Assembly: GCA_031406795.1 (NCBI GenBank)
Contig: JANOHV010000208.1
Span: 1 to 53,457 of the forward strand
Origin: Candidatus Rokuibacteriota bacterium
GTDB lineage: Bacteria; JAUVQV01; DATDCY01
Direction of reading: 5' to 3'
DNA length: 53,457 nucleotides
The position numbers were made by a program, and so were the translations under genes. Positions 9,308-17,782 of this stretch are shown piece after piece (within the stretch, counting starts at the first letter, position 1; each line of letters starts with the position of its first letter). A model generated the notes under the pieces. That model ran no database searches. It had not been told where the DNA came from and saw only the letters and a list, made by a program, of their open reading frames with translations.

Positions 9308-10525
9308 CTATTTTTTGCGGGCGCGCTGGGCCACGCGGCCCTGAATCTTCAGCGGCAGGCCCCAGAGTTTGGTGAACGCCTCGCCGGCCTTATGGTCGAA
9401 GGTGTCGCCCGCCTCGTAGGTCGCCAGGTTCTTGTCGTACAGCGAGAAGGGGGAGCGGCGCGCCAGCGGGCGGCAGGAGCCCTTGTAGAGCGAGAGACGC
9501 ACCTGGCCGGCGACGCGGCGCTGGGTCGTGGCCACGAAGGCGTCGAGCGCTTCGCGCAGCGGCGAGAACCACCAGCCGTTGTAGACGCACTCGGAGTATT
9601 TCGTAACGAGCGTCTGCTTGGCGTGCAGCAGTTCGCGGTCGAGCACCAGGGATTCGAGCTCCTGGTGGGCGGCGCGCAGGATCGTCGCGCCCGGGGCCTC
9701 GTAGATCTCGCGCGACTTGATGCCGACGAGACGGTTCTCCACGAGGTCGGTCACGCCGACGCCGTGCCTGCCGCCAAGCCGGTTGAGGGCGACGATCAGC
9801 GAGACGAGATCCTTCTTCTTCCCGTTGAGGGTCACGGGGACGCCGCATTCGAAACCGACCTCGATCTCCTCGGCCTTGTCCGGCGCCAGCCGCGGGATTG
9901 TCGTCAGCGTGAAGATGTCCTCCGGCGGCTCGACCCACGGGTCCTCGAGGACGCCGCACTCGATGCTGATGCCCCAGAGGTTCTTGTCGAGGCTGTAGGG
10001 CTTCTCCTTCGTGACCGGCACCGGGATGTCGTGCAGCGCGGCGTACTCGATCTCCTGGTCGCGGCTCGTGAACTCCCACTCGCGCACCGGCGCGACGATC
10101 TTCAAGTGCGGCGCCAGCGCCATCACCGAGACGTCGAAGCGCACCTGATCGTTGCCTTTGCCGGTGGAGCCGTGAGCCACGGCCTCGGCGCCCTCCTCCT
10201 CGGCGATCTCGACGAGATGCTTGGCGATCAGCGGCCGGCCGAGGGCGGTCGCCATCAGGTACTTGCCCTCGTAGATCGCCCCCGCCTGCAGCGCCGGCAC
10301 GACGTACTGCTCGGCGAACTCGCGGCGCAGGTCCCGGACGACGGCTTTCACCGCCCCGGTCTTGAGCGCCTTGGCTCGAATCGCATTGAGGTCCTCTTCC
10401 TGCCCCAGATCGGCGATGAAGGCCACGACGTCGTAGCCGTACTTCTCCCCGAGCCACTTGATGATGACCGAAGTATCGAGGCCCCCGGAGTACGCCAGTA
10501 CGATCTTCTTGGTCTTCTTCGCCAT
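9308..10525 (-). CDS. argG: Argininosuccinate synthase
   Basis: LAYSGGLDTS, GKGNDQVRF, ENRLVGIKSREIYE. Start is ATG 10525 or 10534. Confidence 0.97.
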   Translation of the reverse strand: MAKKTKKIVLAYSGGLDTSVIIKWLGEKYGYDVVAFIADLGQEEDLNAIRAKALKTGAVKAVVRDLRREFAEQYVVPALQAGAIYEGKYLMATALGRPLIAKHLVEIAEEEGAEAVAHGSTGKGNDQVRFDVSVMALAPHLKIVAPVREWEFTSRDQEIEYAALHDIPVPVTKEKPYSLDKNLWGISIECGVLEDPWVEPPEDIFTLTTIPRLAPDKAEEIEVGFECGVPVTLNGKKKDLVSLIVALNRLGGRHGVGVTDLVENRLVGIKSREIYEAPGATILRAAHQELESLVLDRELLHAKQTLVTKYSECVYNGWWFSPLREALDAFVATTQRRVAGQVRLSLYKGSCRPLARRSPFSLYDKNLATYEAGDTFDHKAGEAFTKLWGLPLKIQGRVAQRARKK

Positions 10526-10559
10526 TGCCCCCATCCCTTCTGCGCCCTGATCCGGCCGC

Positions 10560-11492
10560 CTACCGTTGCTTTCGCGTCAACAGCCGCACCAGCAGCGCCT
10601 TTTGCGCGTGCAGCCGGTTCTCCGCCTGCTCGAAGACGAGGGACTGCGGCCCGTCGATCACTTCCGCCGCGATCTCTTCCCCGCGGTGCGCCGGCAGGCA
10701 GTGCAGCACGCTGGCGCCGGGTTTCGCGCGCGCCAGCAGCTTTGCGTCAATCTGGAAGCCGCGGAACGCCTTGAGTCGGCGTTTGGTCTCGCGCTCCTGT
10801 CCCATGCTGGTCCAGACATCCGTGTAGAGAAAATCGGCGCCCGCGACGGCGGCAACCGGATCGCGCACGACCCGCGGCGGCAGCCCGCGGCCCTTCCAGA
10901 GCCGCTGCGCTTCAGCGAGGACGCCCGGGTCGGGGTCGTAGCCTTCGGGGGCGGCGAGGACGAAATCGATGCCGAGCAGTCCGGAGGCGAGTATCCAGGA
11001 GTGCGCGACGTTGTTGCCGTCGCCGATGTAGGCTACTTTGATGCGCTCGAGCGTCCCGCGGACCTCGCGGATGGTCAGCAGATCGGCGAGGATCTGGCAG
11101 GGGTGCGAGAAATCGGAGAGGCCGTTGATGACCGGGATGGACGCGGCCGCGGACCAGGCCTCCAATTCCGCGTGCGCAAAGGTGCGGATGACGATGCCGT
11201 CGAGAAAGCGCGAGACCACCCGGGCGGTGTCCTCGAGCGTCTCGCTGCGGTTGAGCTGGATCTCGCCCGGGTTGAGCGGGAGACTCGAGCCGCCGAGCTG
11301 TGTCATGCCCACCTGAAAGGAGAGGCGGGTGCGCGTCGAGGGTTTGGTGAAGAGCAGGCCGAGCGTCCGGCCCTCGAGGCTGCGGTTGCGTTTTCCGGCC
11401 CGGTGCTCCTTCTTGAGCCGCGTGGCCTCGTCGATGAGGCGCCGGATCTCGGCGGCGCTCAAATCGAGGATGCTCAAAAAGTCCTTCTTCAT
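10560..11492 (-). CDS. argF: Ornithine carbamoyltransferase
   Basis: STRTR, HPCQ, DVWTSMG, HCLP, AENRLH. Confidence 0.97.
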   Translation of the reverse strand: MKKDFLSILDLSAAEIRRLIDEATRLKKEHRAGKRNRSLEGRTLGLLFTKPSTRTRLSFQVGMTQLGGSSLPLNPGEIQLNRSETLEDTARVVSRFLDGIVIRTFAHAELEAWSAAASIPVINGLSDFSHPCQILADLLTIREVRGTLERIKVAYIGDGNNVAHSWILASGLLGIDFVLAAPEGYDPDPGVLAEAQRLWKGRGLPPRVVRDPVAAVAGADFLYTDVWTSMGQERETKRRLKAFRGFQIDAKLLARAKPGASVLHCLPAHRGEEIAAEVIDGPQSLVFEQAENRLHAQKALLVRLLTRKQR

Positions 11493-11531
11493 CGTATCGT
11501 GCCCATCCTTTCCTGAACCGTGGGAGAAGGA

Positions 11532-11560
11532 ACTATACTTTCCTTCCCGGCGCGGTGCAA
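11532..11560 (-). promoter_or_regulatory. Sigma70-type promoter of argFGH
   Basis: Minus strand TTGCAC-17 nt-TATAGT, about 40 nt upstream of the argF start. Confidence 0.55.
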
Positions 11561-11698
11561 GGGAGAGAAAGGGCGTCCCGCCCGGCGGCGGACCCGGCGC
11601 TCTTGAATTACGCCCGCGGATTGTGGGACAATATAAACAAAAGTGGGGCTCGCGCAGTACTCCAGGACTCTGAGATTGTCGTCGCGGAGGACATACGG

Positions 11699-12571
11699 AT
11701 GGAGAGGCGGATCCGTCTCCTGGTGTCCCTGACGGCTGGGGTCATGTCGGTTCTCGCCGGCTGTGCCCCGGTCAACCGCGGCTTGTCGCGCGACGCCGGA
11801 CAAGCGTGGGTGACGGATGCGGCGACGGGGATCGGCTTCTTCCTGATCCCCGGCGGGGAGTTCACGATGGGTTTGAGCGAGGGCTCGGCCAACGAGAAAC
11901 CGCCGCACAAGGTCAGAGTCAGCAGCTTCCTGATGGCGCGGACCGAGGTCACTATTGCCCAGTTCGCCAGGTTTGTGCAGGAGAGCGGCTACCGGACCGA
12001 TGCCGAGAGGGAAGGGTCGGCGCGGGTCTGGGACGGCGGCGACTGGGCGAACGCGCCGGGCGCCTCCTGGAAGAAGCCCGTCGAGACGTGCGGGGATGAC
12101 TGCCCGGTCAGCTATCTCTCCTGGAACGACGCGGCTGCGTTCTGCGCGTGGGCGAAGATGCGGTTACCGACCGATGCGGAGTGGGAGTACGCCGCGGGGG
12201 ACGGGGGAGAACATCGCTACTGGGCCGGGACCTCCCGCGATCGGGATCTCCACGAATACGCCTGGTTCCGGCCGAACTCGGGGAGACAACTGCACCCCGT
12301 GGGCCAAAAGAGGCCGAATGGCTTCGGCCTCTTCGACATGAGCGGCAACGTCGCGGAGTGGTGCAGCGACTGGTATGGACCGTACTACTATGACGAATCA
12401 CCCTACGAGAACCCGCGCGGGCCGTCGTCCGGCAGGTCACGAGCGCTGCGCGGGGGCACGGCGTACCACGATGCCACCCGGATCCGAATCACCTACCGCG
12501 GCATGCAGCGGCCCGACTTCGCGCACAGCGGCATCGGATTCCGGCCGGTGCGCGATCTCCCCGCCCCCTGA
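11699..12571 (+). CDS. Formylglycine-generating enzyme (SUMF1/FGE-sulfatase) family lipoprotein
   Basis: GGAGG RBS, lipobox LAGC, GGEFTMG, RLPTDAEWEYAA, NGFGLFDMSGNVAEW, IGFR. Confidence 0.88.
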   Translation: MERRIRLLVSLTAGVMSVLAGCAPVNRGLSRDAGQAWVTDAATGIGFFLIPGGEFTMGLSEGSANEKPPHKVRVSSFLMARTEVTIAQFARFVQESGYRTDAEREGSARVWDGGDWANAPGASWKKPVETCGDDCPVSYLSWNDAAAFCAWAKMRLPTDAEWEYAAGDGGEHRYWAGTSRDRDLHEYAWFRPNSGRQLHPVGQKRPNGFGLFDMSGNVAEWCSDWYGPYYYDESPYENPRGPSSGRSRALRGGTAYHDATRIRITYRGMQRPDFAHSGIGFRPVRDLPAP

Positions 12572-12675
12572 CCGGCTGCGGAAACACCCCGTAATCCACG
12601 GAAATGGTGTTGTCGCGGCTCCCGTGGCGTCTGGCGTTGGCTCGAAGCGGTATGATCTCGCCGTCGGCGGCGGGC

Positions 12676-13887
12676 TCAGCCGGCTACGCGGGCGAATTCC
12701 TCGAATGAGCGCAGCACGCAGTCCTCGATCGCGAGTCCCTTGAAATAGTTCCCCGTCAGCGCGAGCCGGCGCCCGGCGAGCTGGCGGTCGAGTTCCGCGA
12801 CAATGCGGTCGTGGCCGAGGGCCGGGGCAGGGAGCAGGGTCTGTCGTGTCACGGGTTCTCCCAGTTCGGGTACGGGACAGCGCAGCACTTCGCTCATGCG
12901 CCGCAGCTGCTCCTCCCGGCTGTGCCCCGACTTGAAGTGGAACGTGAAGGCGCGATGGTTCGGGTCCGGAAAGGGGTCGCGCGTGACCGCCGAAAAGAAG
13001 ATGTCCCTGGCCGGGATCACGAACGCGGCCTCCGGCATCCAGCAGCGCGCGTGCGGCAGGACCACGCCCAGCGAGTCGACGCCCACCGTCTTCACCGGCC
13101 TCAGGGCCTGCGCCAGCGCGGGGAAGTCGCCGCGGAGCAGCGCGGCGGTCGCGTCGATGGGGGTCGCGATCGCCGCAATCGGCGCCTCGAAGCTCCGTCC
13201 ATCCGCGGTCGTGACGACAAAACCCGCCTCCGATGGCGCGACGCGAGTGCCCACGGCTCCGGTTGTCACCCGAAGGCCGGGAGTGCGCAGGGCTTCATCG
13301 CACACGGTCTGCAGGCCGCCTTCGAACCCGTAGCTGCGCGGGTACTCCTTGCGTCGCGGCCGTTTCTTGAAGAGGGAGCCGGGACCGTCGGCGGGAAAGC
13401 CGTCGGCGTCCTGGGATGGGACGGCCGCGAGGAAGGGCCTGAGGAAGCGTTCATAGTTCCCCCGCCCGAGCAGGCCGCTGTAATACTGGCCCATGGTGCG
13501 CCCCTTCTTGCCGCGCAGGATCGCGAAGGGGGCGCTCGTCACGATCTCGAGCCAGTTAAAGCGGCGCAGCAGGGCCGGGGGACTCAGCCATTCGTAGGCG
13601 CCGTCGCGCAAGTACCCGAACTGGGCGCGAGCGGGGCCCCGCTGCACGATCTTGGCGGCGGCGCCGCTGCCGGCGGCGATGTCGAGAAAACCGCCGTAGC
13701 TGTTGTAGGTGGTGTGCGCTCCCAGTTCGTGCCAGTAGCCATCGGCCGTGCGGTGCGAGTGCAGACAGCCGCCGCAGCGGTTGCCGCTCTCGAGGAGCAG
13801 CACGGATCGGCCGGCACGCGCCGCCTTCCACGCGAAGGCGATGCCGCTGATGCCGCCGCCGACGACGATGACCTCGGTCTTCTCCAT
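12676..13887 (-). CDS. FAD-dependent proto/coproporphyrinogen oxidase-like protein (HemY/CgoX-like)
   Basis: VGGGISG dinucleotide-binding motif, ELGAHT, FEGGLQTVCD, GNYFKGLAIEDCV; downstream of hemE-hemH. Confidence 0.7.
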   Translation of the reverse strand: MEKTEVIVVGGGISGIAFAWKAARAGRSVLLLESGNRCGGCLHSHRTADGYWHELGAHTTYNSYGGFLDIAAGSGAAAKIVQRGPARAQFGYLRDGAYEWLSPPALLRRFNWLEIVTSAPFAILRGKKGRTMGQYYSGLLGRGNYERFLRPFLAAVPSQDADGFPADGPGSLFKKRPRRKEYPRSYGFEGGLQTVCDEALRTPGLRVTTGAVGTRVAPSEAGFVVTTADGRSFEAPIAAIATPIDATAALLRGDFPALAQALRPVKTVGVDSLGVVLPHARCWMPEAAFVIPARDIFFSAVTRDPFPDPNHRAFTFHFKSGHSREEQLRRMSEVLRCPVPELGEPVTRQTLLPAPALGHDRIVAELDRQLAGRRLALTGNYFKGLAIEDCVLRSFEEFARVAG

Positions 13888-13971
13888 TTGTGCGTGCTCC
13901 TCCCGCTCTTGATTTCCACCCCCTTGTAACGAGGGCTCGCGATCATGTCAATTGCCGAAATGCCTCTCAGT

Positions 13972-14126
13972 GTAGCCCTTCAGTGAACGGTGGCCCGATC
14001 AGTACCGTTCGCCCTGAGCCCGTCGAAGGGCGCTTGTGTGAAGACTTCCCGTTCGTGGTTCGACCGTTCGTCAAGCTCACGGCTCACCACGAACGGGAAA
14101 AGTTCCGCACTTCACTGAAGGGTTAC
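13972..14126. mobile_element. 155-bp MITE-like element with terminal inverted repeats and target-site duplication
   Basis: GTAGCCCTTCAGTGAA (13972-87) and TTCACTGAAGGGTTAC (14111-26) are 15/16 inverted; flanked by CTCTCAGT and CTCTCAGC; internal hairpin CCCGTTCGTGGT...ACCACGAACGGG. Confidence 0.7.
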
Positions 14127-14168
14127 CTCTCAGCCGGTCCCTGAAAAGCCGGGCGTGGCAGGCGCCTT

Positions 14169-15149
14169 TCAGCCACCCGCCGCGTCGCGGGCGAGGGCGG
14201 CGAGCAGCGCGATGAAGTCCGGTGCGTCGTTGAAGGCCGGGGTGCGGCGAAAGTCCACGCCGGCGGCCCGCGCCTCCTCGGTGTAGACGACGTCGATTTC
14301 ATGGAGCGTCTCGATCTGGTCGGAGACGAAGCTCAGCGGCACCATCAGCACCTGTTTGCGGCCCTCGGCGGCAAGCGTGCGCAACGTATCGGCGACCTCC
14401 GGGGCGAGCCACTTCACGGGGCCGGAACGGCTCTGGAAGGCCAGCCGCCAGGGCCGCTCGCCGATCGCCGGGAGCAATCCCTCCACCGTGGCCTTGACCT
14501 GATCGAGGTACGGGTCGCCCTGCCGGATCAGCTTTTCGGGCAGGTTGTGCGCCGAGAAGAGCACGAAGGCGTCGCGGCCGCCGTCGGGAAACTGCGCGAG
14601 CGCGGCGGCGATCCGGTCGGCGTGGGCCTTGAGAAAGAGCGGGTGGCGGAAGAACTGGTCGACGCTCCGCATCTGGCAATTGAGCGGTCGCCGACGCAGC
14701 AGCCGATGCAATTCGCCGATGCTGCTGCCGCCGACCGCGCGCGAGTAGTGGGGGTAGAGCGAGAGCGCGACCAGCCGCGACGGGCGCAGCGCAGCGGCCT
14801 CCTCGAGCGCCTCTTCGGTAAACGGGTGCCAGTAGCGCATCGCGACGAGGACGCGCCAGCGCGGGCCCTCCCCGGCGTTCAGGCGCGTCTGAAGCGCCTG
14901 CGCCTGGCGCGCCGTGAGCTCGCCCTGCGGCGACTTGCCGCCGAGCAGGCGGTAGCGGGGGAGGACTTTGGCGGCGCGCTTCGCCGCGATCCTTCGCGCG
15001 ACGAATCCCCGCACAAAGCCGGGAAGCGGCAAGGGGAGGATTTCGGGGTCCAGGAAGAGATTGGTCAGGAACGGCGCGATGGCGGCCTCGGAGTCCGGCC
15101 CCCCCATGTTCATCAGCAGGACAACATTCGGGCCGGGTCCGGTCATCAT
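14169..15149 (-). CDS. hemH: Ferrochelatase
   Basis: LLMNMGGP, GGKSP, AMRYWHP, LFSAHNLP, FQSRSGPVKWLAP, FVSDQIETLHEID. Confidence 0.95.
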   Translation of the reverse strand: MMTGPGPNVVLLMNMGGPDSEAAIAPFLTNLFLDPEILPLPLPGFVRGFVARRIAAKRAAKVLPRYRLLGGKSPQGELTARQAQALQTRLNAGEGPRWRVLVAMRYWHPFTEEALEEAAALRPSRLVALSLYPHYSRAVGGSSIGELHRLLRRRPLNCQMRSVDQFFRHPLFLKAHADRIAAALAQFPDGGRDAFVLFSAHNLPEKLIRQGDPYLDQVKATVEGLLPAIGERPWRLAFQSRSGPVKWLAPEVADTLRTLAAEGRKQVLMVPLSFVSDQIETLHEIDVVYTEEARAAGVDFRRTPAFNDAPDFIALLAALARDAAGG

Positions 15150-15159
15150 GCGACCTTTC

Positions 15160-15266
15160 GTAGGGGCGGGGTTGACCCCCGCCCGGAAGGACGGTTGCGC
15201 ACGGGAGGGGACCAATCCCAGCCTGTGCGCCGGTCAGGTTCGGGAGGGGATGAACCCCTCCCCTAC
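15160..15266. repeat. Inverted pair of GTAG-type REP sequences
   Basis: GTAGGGGCGGGGTTGACCCCCGCCC (15160-84) and GGGAGGGGATGAACCCCTCCCCTAC (15242-66); relatives at 36914 and 50474-50674. Confidence 0.75.
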
Positions 15267-16315
15267 ACCTTGTACTTGTGGACCTCGTCCACCAGGATCT
15301 GCGCGGCCGCCACCGAGCACTGCGGCAGGATGCCGTGGCCGAGGTTGAAGATGTGGCCGGGCAGCTTGGCGTTCGCCGTGAGCACCTCGCGCACCCGGGC
15401 GCGCAGTTCGCGCTCGGGGAGAAAGAGCGAGCAGGGGTCGAGGTTGCCCTGGACCGCGACCTTCCGGCCGAGCCGCTTGCGCGCCACGTCGATGTCGACG
15501 CGCCAGTCCAGACCGACGACGTCCGCGCCGGTGTCGCGCACCTGCTCGAGCACGCCGCCGCCGTCGTAGACGAAGTGGATGACCGGCACGCCGGTCTTCT
15601 TCAGCCGCTTGATGATCCGCGCCGACCACGGGGCGGCGAGCGTCCGGTAGTCGCGCGGGGAGAGCGCCCCGGCCCAGGAGTCGAAGAGTTGCACGGCCTC
15701 GGCACCCGCCTCGACCTGCGCGAGCAGGTACTTCTCGACTGTGGCGGTGATCTTCTGCATCAGGGTACGGTAGAGCGCCGGCTCCTGAAACATCATCTGT
15801 TTGATCCCGACGTAGCTCTTCGAACCGCCGCCTTCGACCATGTAGGAAGCCAGCGTCCAGGGCGCGCCCGAAAATCCGATGAGCGGGACCTTCCCGGCCA
15901 GCCCCCGGCGGATCATCCGCACCGCCTCCACTACGAACGGCATCGTCTCGTGGGGGTCCGGCACGACGAGGCGCGCCACGTCGCGGGCGGTGCGCACCGG
16001 CTTCGCGAGGACCGGCCCCTTGGCCTCGGTGAACTCCACGGGCACGCCCATGGCCTCCACCGGGATCAGGATGTCGGAGAAGAGGATCGCCGCGTCCACG
16101 CCGAGCTGTTCGACGGGCAGCAGCGTGACCTGCGTCGAGAGCTCGGGCTGCTTGCAGAGCTCCATGAACGTGTACTTCTTGCGCATCGCGCGGTACTCCG
16201 GCTGGTAGCGCCCGGCCTGGCGCATGATCCAGACCGGGGTGCGCCGGACCTTGTTACCGCGGCAGGCCTCGAGAAAGTCGTGGGTTGCAGGTCGCGCTTC
16301 GGTGCGTTTCGTCAT
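15263..16315 (-). CDS. hemE: Uroporphyrinogen decarboxylase
   Basis: [56 protein letters not shown] overlap with the upstream gene. Confidence 0.96.
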   Translation of the reverse strand: MTKRTEARPATHDFLEACRGNKVRRTPVWIMRQAGRYQPEYRAMRKKYTFMELCKQPELSTQVTLLPVEQLGVDAAILFSDILIPVEAMGVPVEFTEAKGPVLAKPVRTARDVARLVVPDPHETMPFVVEAVRMIRRGLAGKVPLIGFSGAPWTLASYMVEGGGSKSYVGIKQMMFQEPALYRTLMQKITATVEKYLLAQVEAGAEAVQLFDSWAGALSPRDYRTLAAPWSARIIKRLKKTGVPVIHFVYDGGGVLEQVRDTGADVVGLDWRVDIDVARKRLGRKVAVQGNLDPCSLFLPERELRARVREVLTANAKLPGHIFNLGHGILPQCSVAAAQILVDEVHKYKV

Positions 16316-17391
16316 GACGTGCAGCTGCTCCTCATCATCCTGATCGGGGTATAGGTGCAGAACGGTTCCTCGTCCAGATAATCGCCGGTCACGGCGTAGG
16401 CGCGGGCGCGGCAGCCGCCGCAGACGTTGAGGTACTCGCACTGGCCGCACTTGCCCTTGTAGCCCTTGAAGTTGCGCAGCTCGAGAAAGAGCGGCGATTT
16501 CTCCCAGATTTCGCGGAACGGAGTCTTCTTGACGTTGCCGGCCGAGACCGGGAAGTAGGAGCAGGGCTTGACCTCGCCGAAAGCGTCGATCAGGCAGATG
16601 CTCTGGGCGGCGATGCAGCCCTTGCCGCCGCCGGTGGAGAAGGTCAGCGAGCGGCGCTCGAACTTGACCCCCTCGGCCTTGGCCATCTGCGGCACGACCC
16701 GGTAGTAGTGCGGCGCGCAGGTCGGGCGCACGAGGAGTTCATGCTCGTTCTTCTCCATCTCGTAGTGCCACTTGAGGATCTCCTCGTAGTCCTCCTTGGA
16801 GATCAACTCGCCCATGATGTCCTCGCCGCGCCCGGTGGGAACGATCATGAACAGGTACCAGGCGGTGGCGCCGAGGCTCTTGGCCAGGCGCATCACGTTC
16901 GCGATGTCCCCCTGGTTGCGCTTCGTGAACGAGGAGTTGATCAGGAACGGGATGCCGTGCTTCTTCAGGAGCGCCGCGCCGCGCAGCGTGCCGTCGAAGG
17001 CGCCGGGCATCGAGCGGAAGTCGTCGTGGATCGCCGCCGTCGAGCCGTCCAGCGAGAGCGAGACCATGCGCAGCTGGGCGTCCTTCATCTTCTCGCAGAC
17101 GGCGTCGGTGATCAGCGTGCCGTTGGTCGCCATGCACATGCGCAGCCCGAGCGCGGTGCCGCGCCGGGCGATGTCGAAGACGTCCGGGCGCAGCAGCGGC
17201 TCGCCGCCGGAGAGCACGAGCACCGGCTTGGAGAGCTCCGCGATCTGGTCGAGCAGCGCGAAGGCCTCGGCCGTCGTGAAGTCCCCCTGCGCGGAGGTCA
17301 GCTCCGAGGAACAGCGGCAGTGGACGCAGCGCAGGTTGCAGCGCTGGGTCGTCTCCCAGGCGATCCACTTGGGCAGGAACGGTTCGACCAT
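16312..17391 (-). CDS. ahbD: Radical SAM/SPASM protein, AhbD/NirJ-like (probable coproheme decarboxylase/heme b synthase)
   Basis: [39 protein letters not shown] cysteines ([20 protein letters not shown]...EEPFC); coupled to hemE. Confidence 0.7.
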   Translation of the reverse strand: MVEPFLPKWIAWETTQRCNLRCVHCRCSSELTSAQGDFTTAEAFALLDQIAELSKPVLVLSGGEPLLRPDVFDIARRGTALGLRMCMATNGTLITDAVCEKMKDAQLRMVSLSLDGSTAAIHDDFRSMPGAFDGTLRGAALLKKHGIPFLINSSFTKRNQGDIANVMRLAKSLGATAWYLFMIVPTGRGEDIMGELISKEDYEEILKWHYEMEKNEHELLVRPTCAPHYYRVVPQMAKAEGVKFERRSLTFSTGGGKGCIAAQSICLIDAFGEVKPCSYFPVSAGNVKKTPFREIWEKSPLFLELRNFKGYKGKCGQCEYLNVCGGCRARAYAVTGDYLDEEPFCTYTPIRMMRSSCTS

Positions 17392-17434
17392 GCTCTTCGC
17401 GGTCCTTTCTTGGCGGGTCCGGTCGCCGTCGACG

Positions 17435-17472
17435 AAAACCCCCGCCATCCCGTGCGGCGGGAGCGGCGGGGG
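17435..17472 (-). terminator. Putative intrinsic terminator
   Basis: CCCCGCC...GGCGGGG stem followed by TTTT on the minus strand, just after the small basic protein gene. Confidence 0.5.
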
Positions 17473-17487
17473 GGCGCGAACCCGGAA

Positions 17488-17712
17488 CTACTTCTTTTTC
17501 TTCGGGGCGGCCTTCCTGGCGGCCGGCTTCTTCGCCGCGGCGATCTTTTTCGGGGCGGCCTTCACGGTCTTCTTGGCGGCCGGCTTCTTCGCGGTCTTCG
17601 CGACGAGCTCGGCGCCGCATTCGTAGCACTCGATCACGGCATCTCCCTGATCGGACACCAGCACCATGGTGCCGCAGGGTCTGCAGGCCAGCGTTTCCCT
17701 CTTCTTCGCCAT
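17488..17712 (-). CDS. 74-aa protein: CxxC...CxxC metal-binding ribbon plus Lys/Ala/Pro-rich histone H1-like tail
   Basis: GGGAGG RBS then ATG 17712; MAKKRETLACRPCG...ECYECGAELVAKTAKKPAAKKTVKAAPKK...KKKK. Confidence 0.75.
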   Translation of the reverse strand: MAKKRETLACRPCGTMVLVSDQGDAVIECYECGAELVAKTAKKPAAKKTVKAAPKKIAAAKKPAARKAAPKKKK

Positions 17713-17782
17713 CGTCGTCCCTCCCTGGATCGTTGGTTGCGGAAATAGTAGGCTATCTGCCCGCCTCAATGCAAGGGATCGC

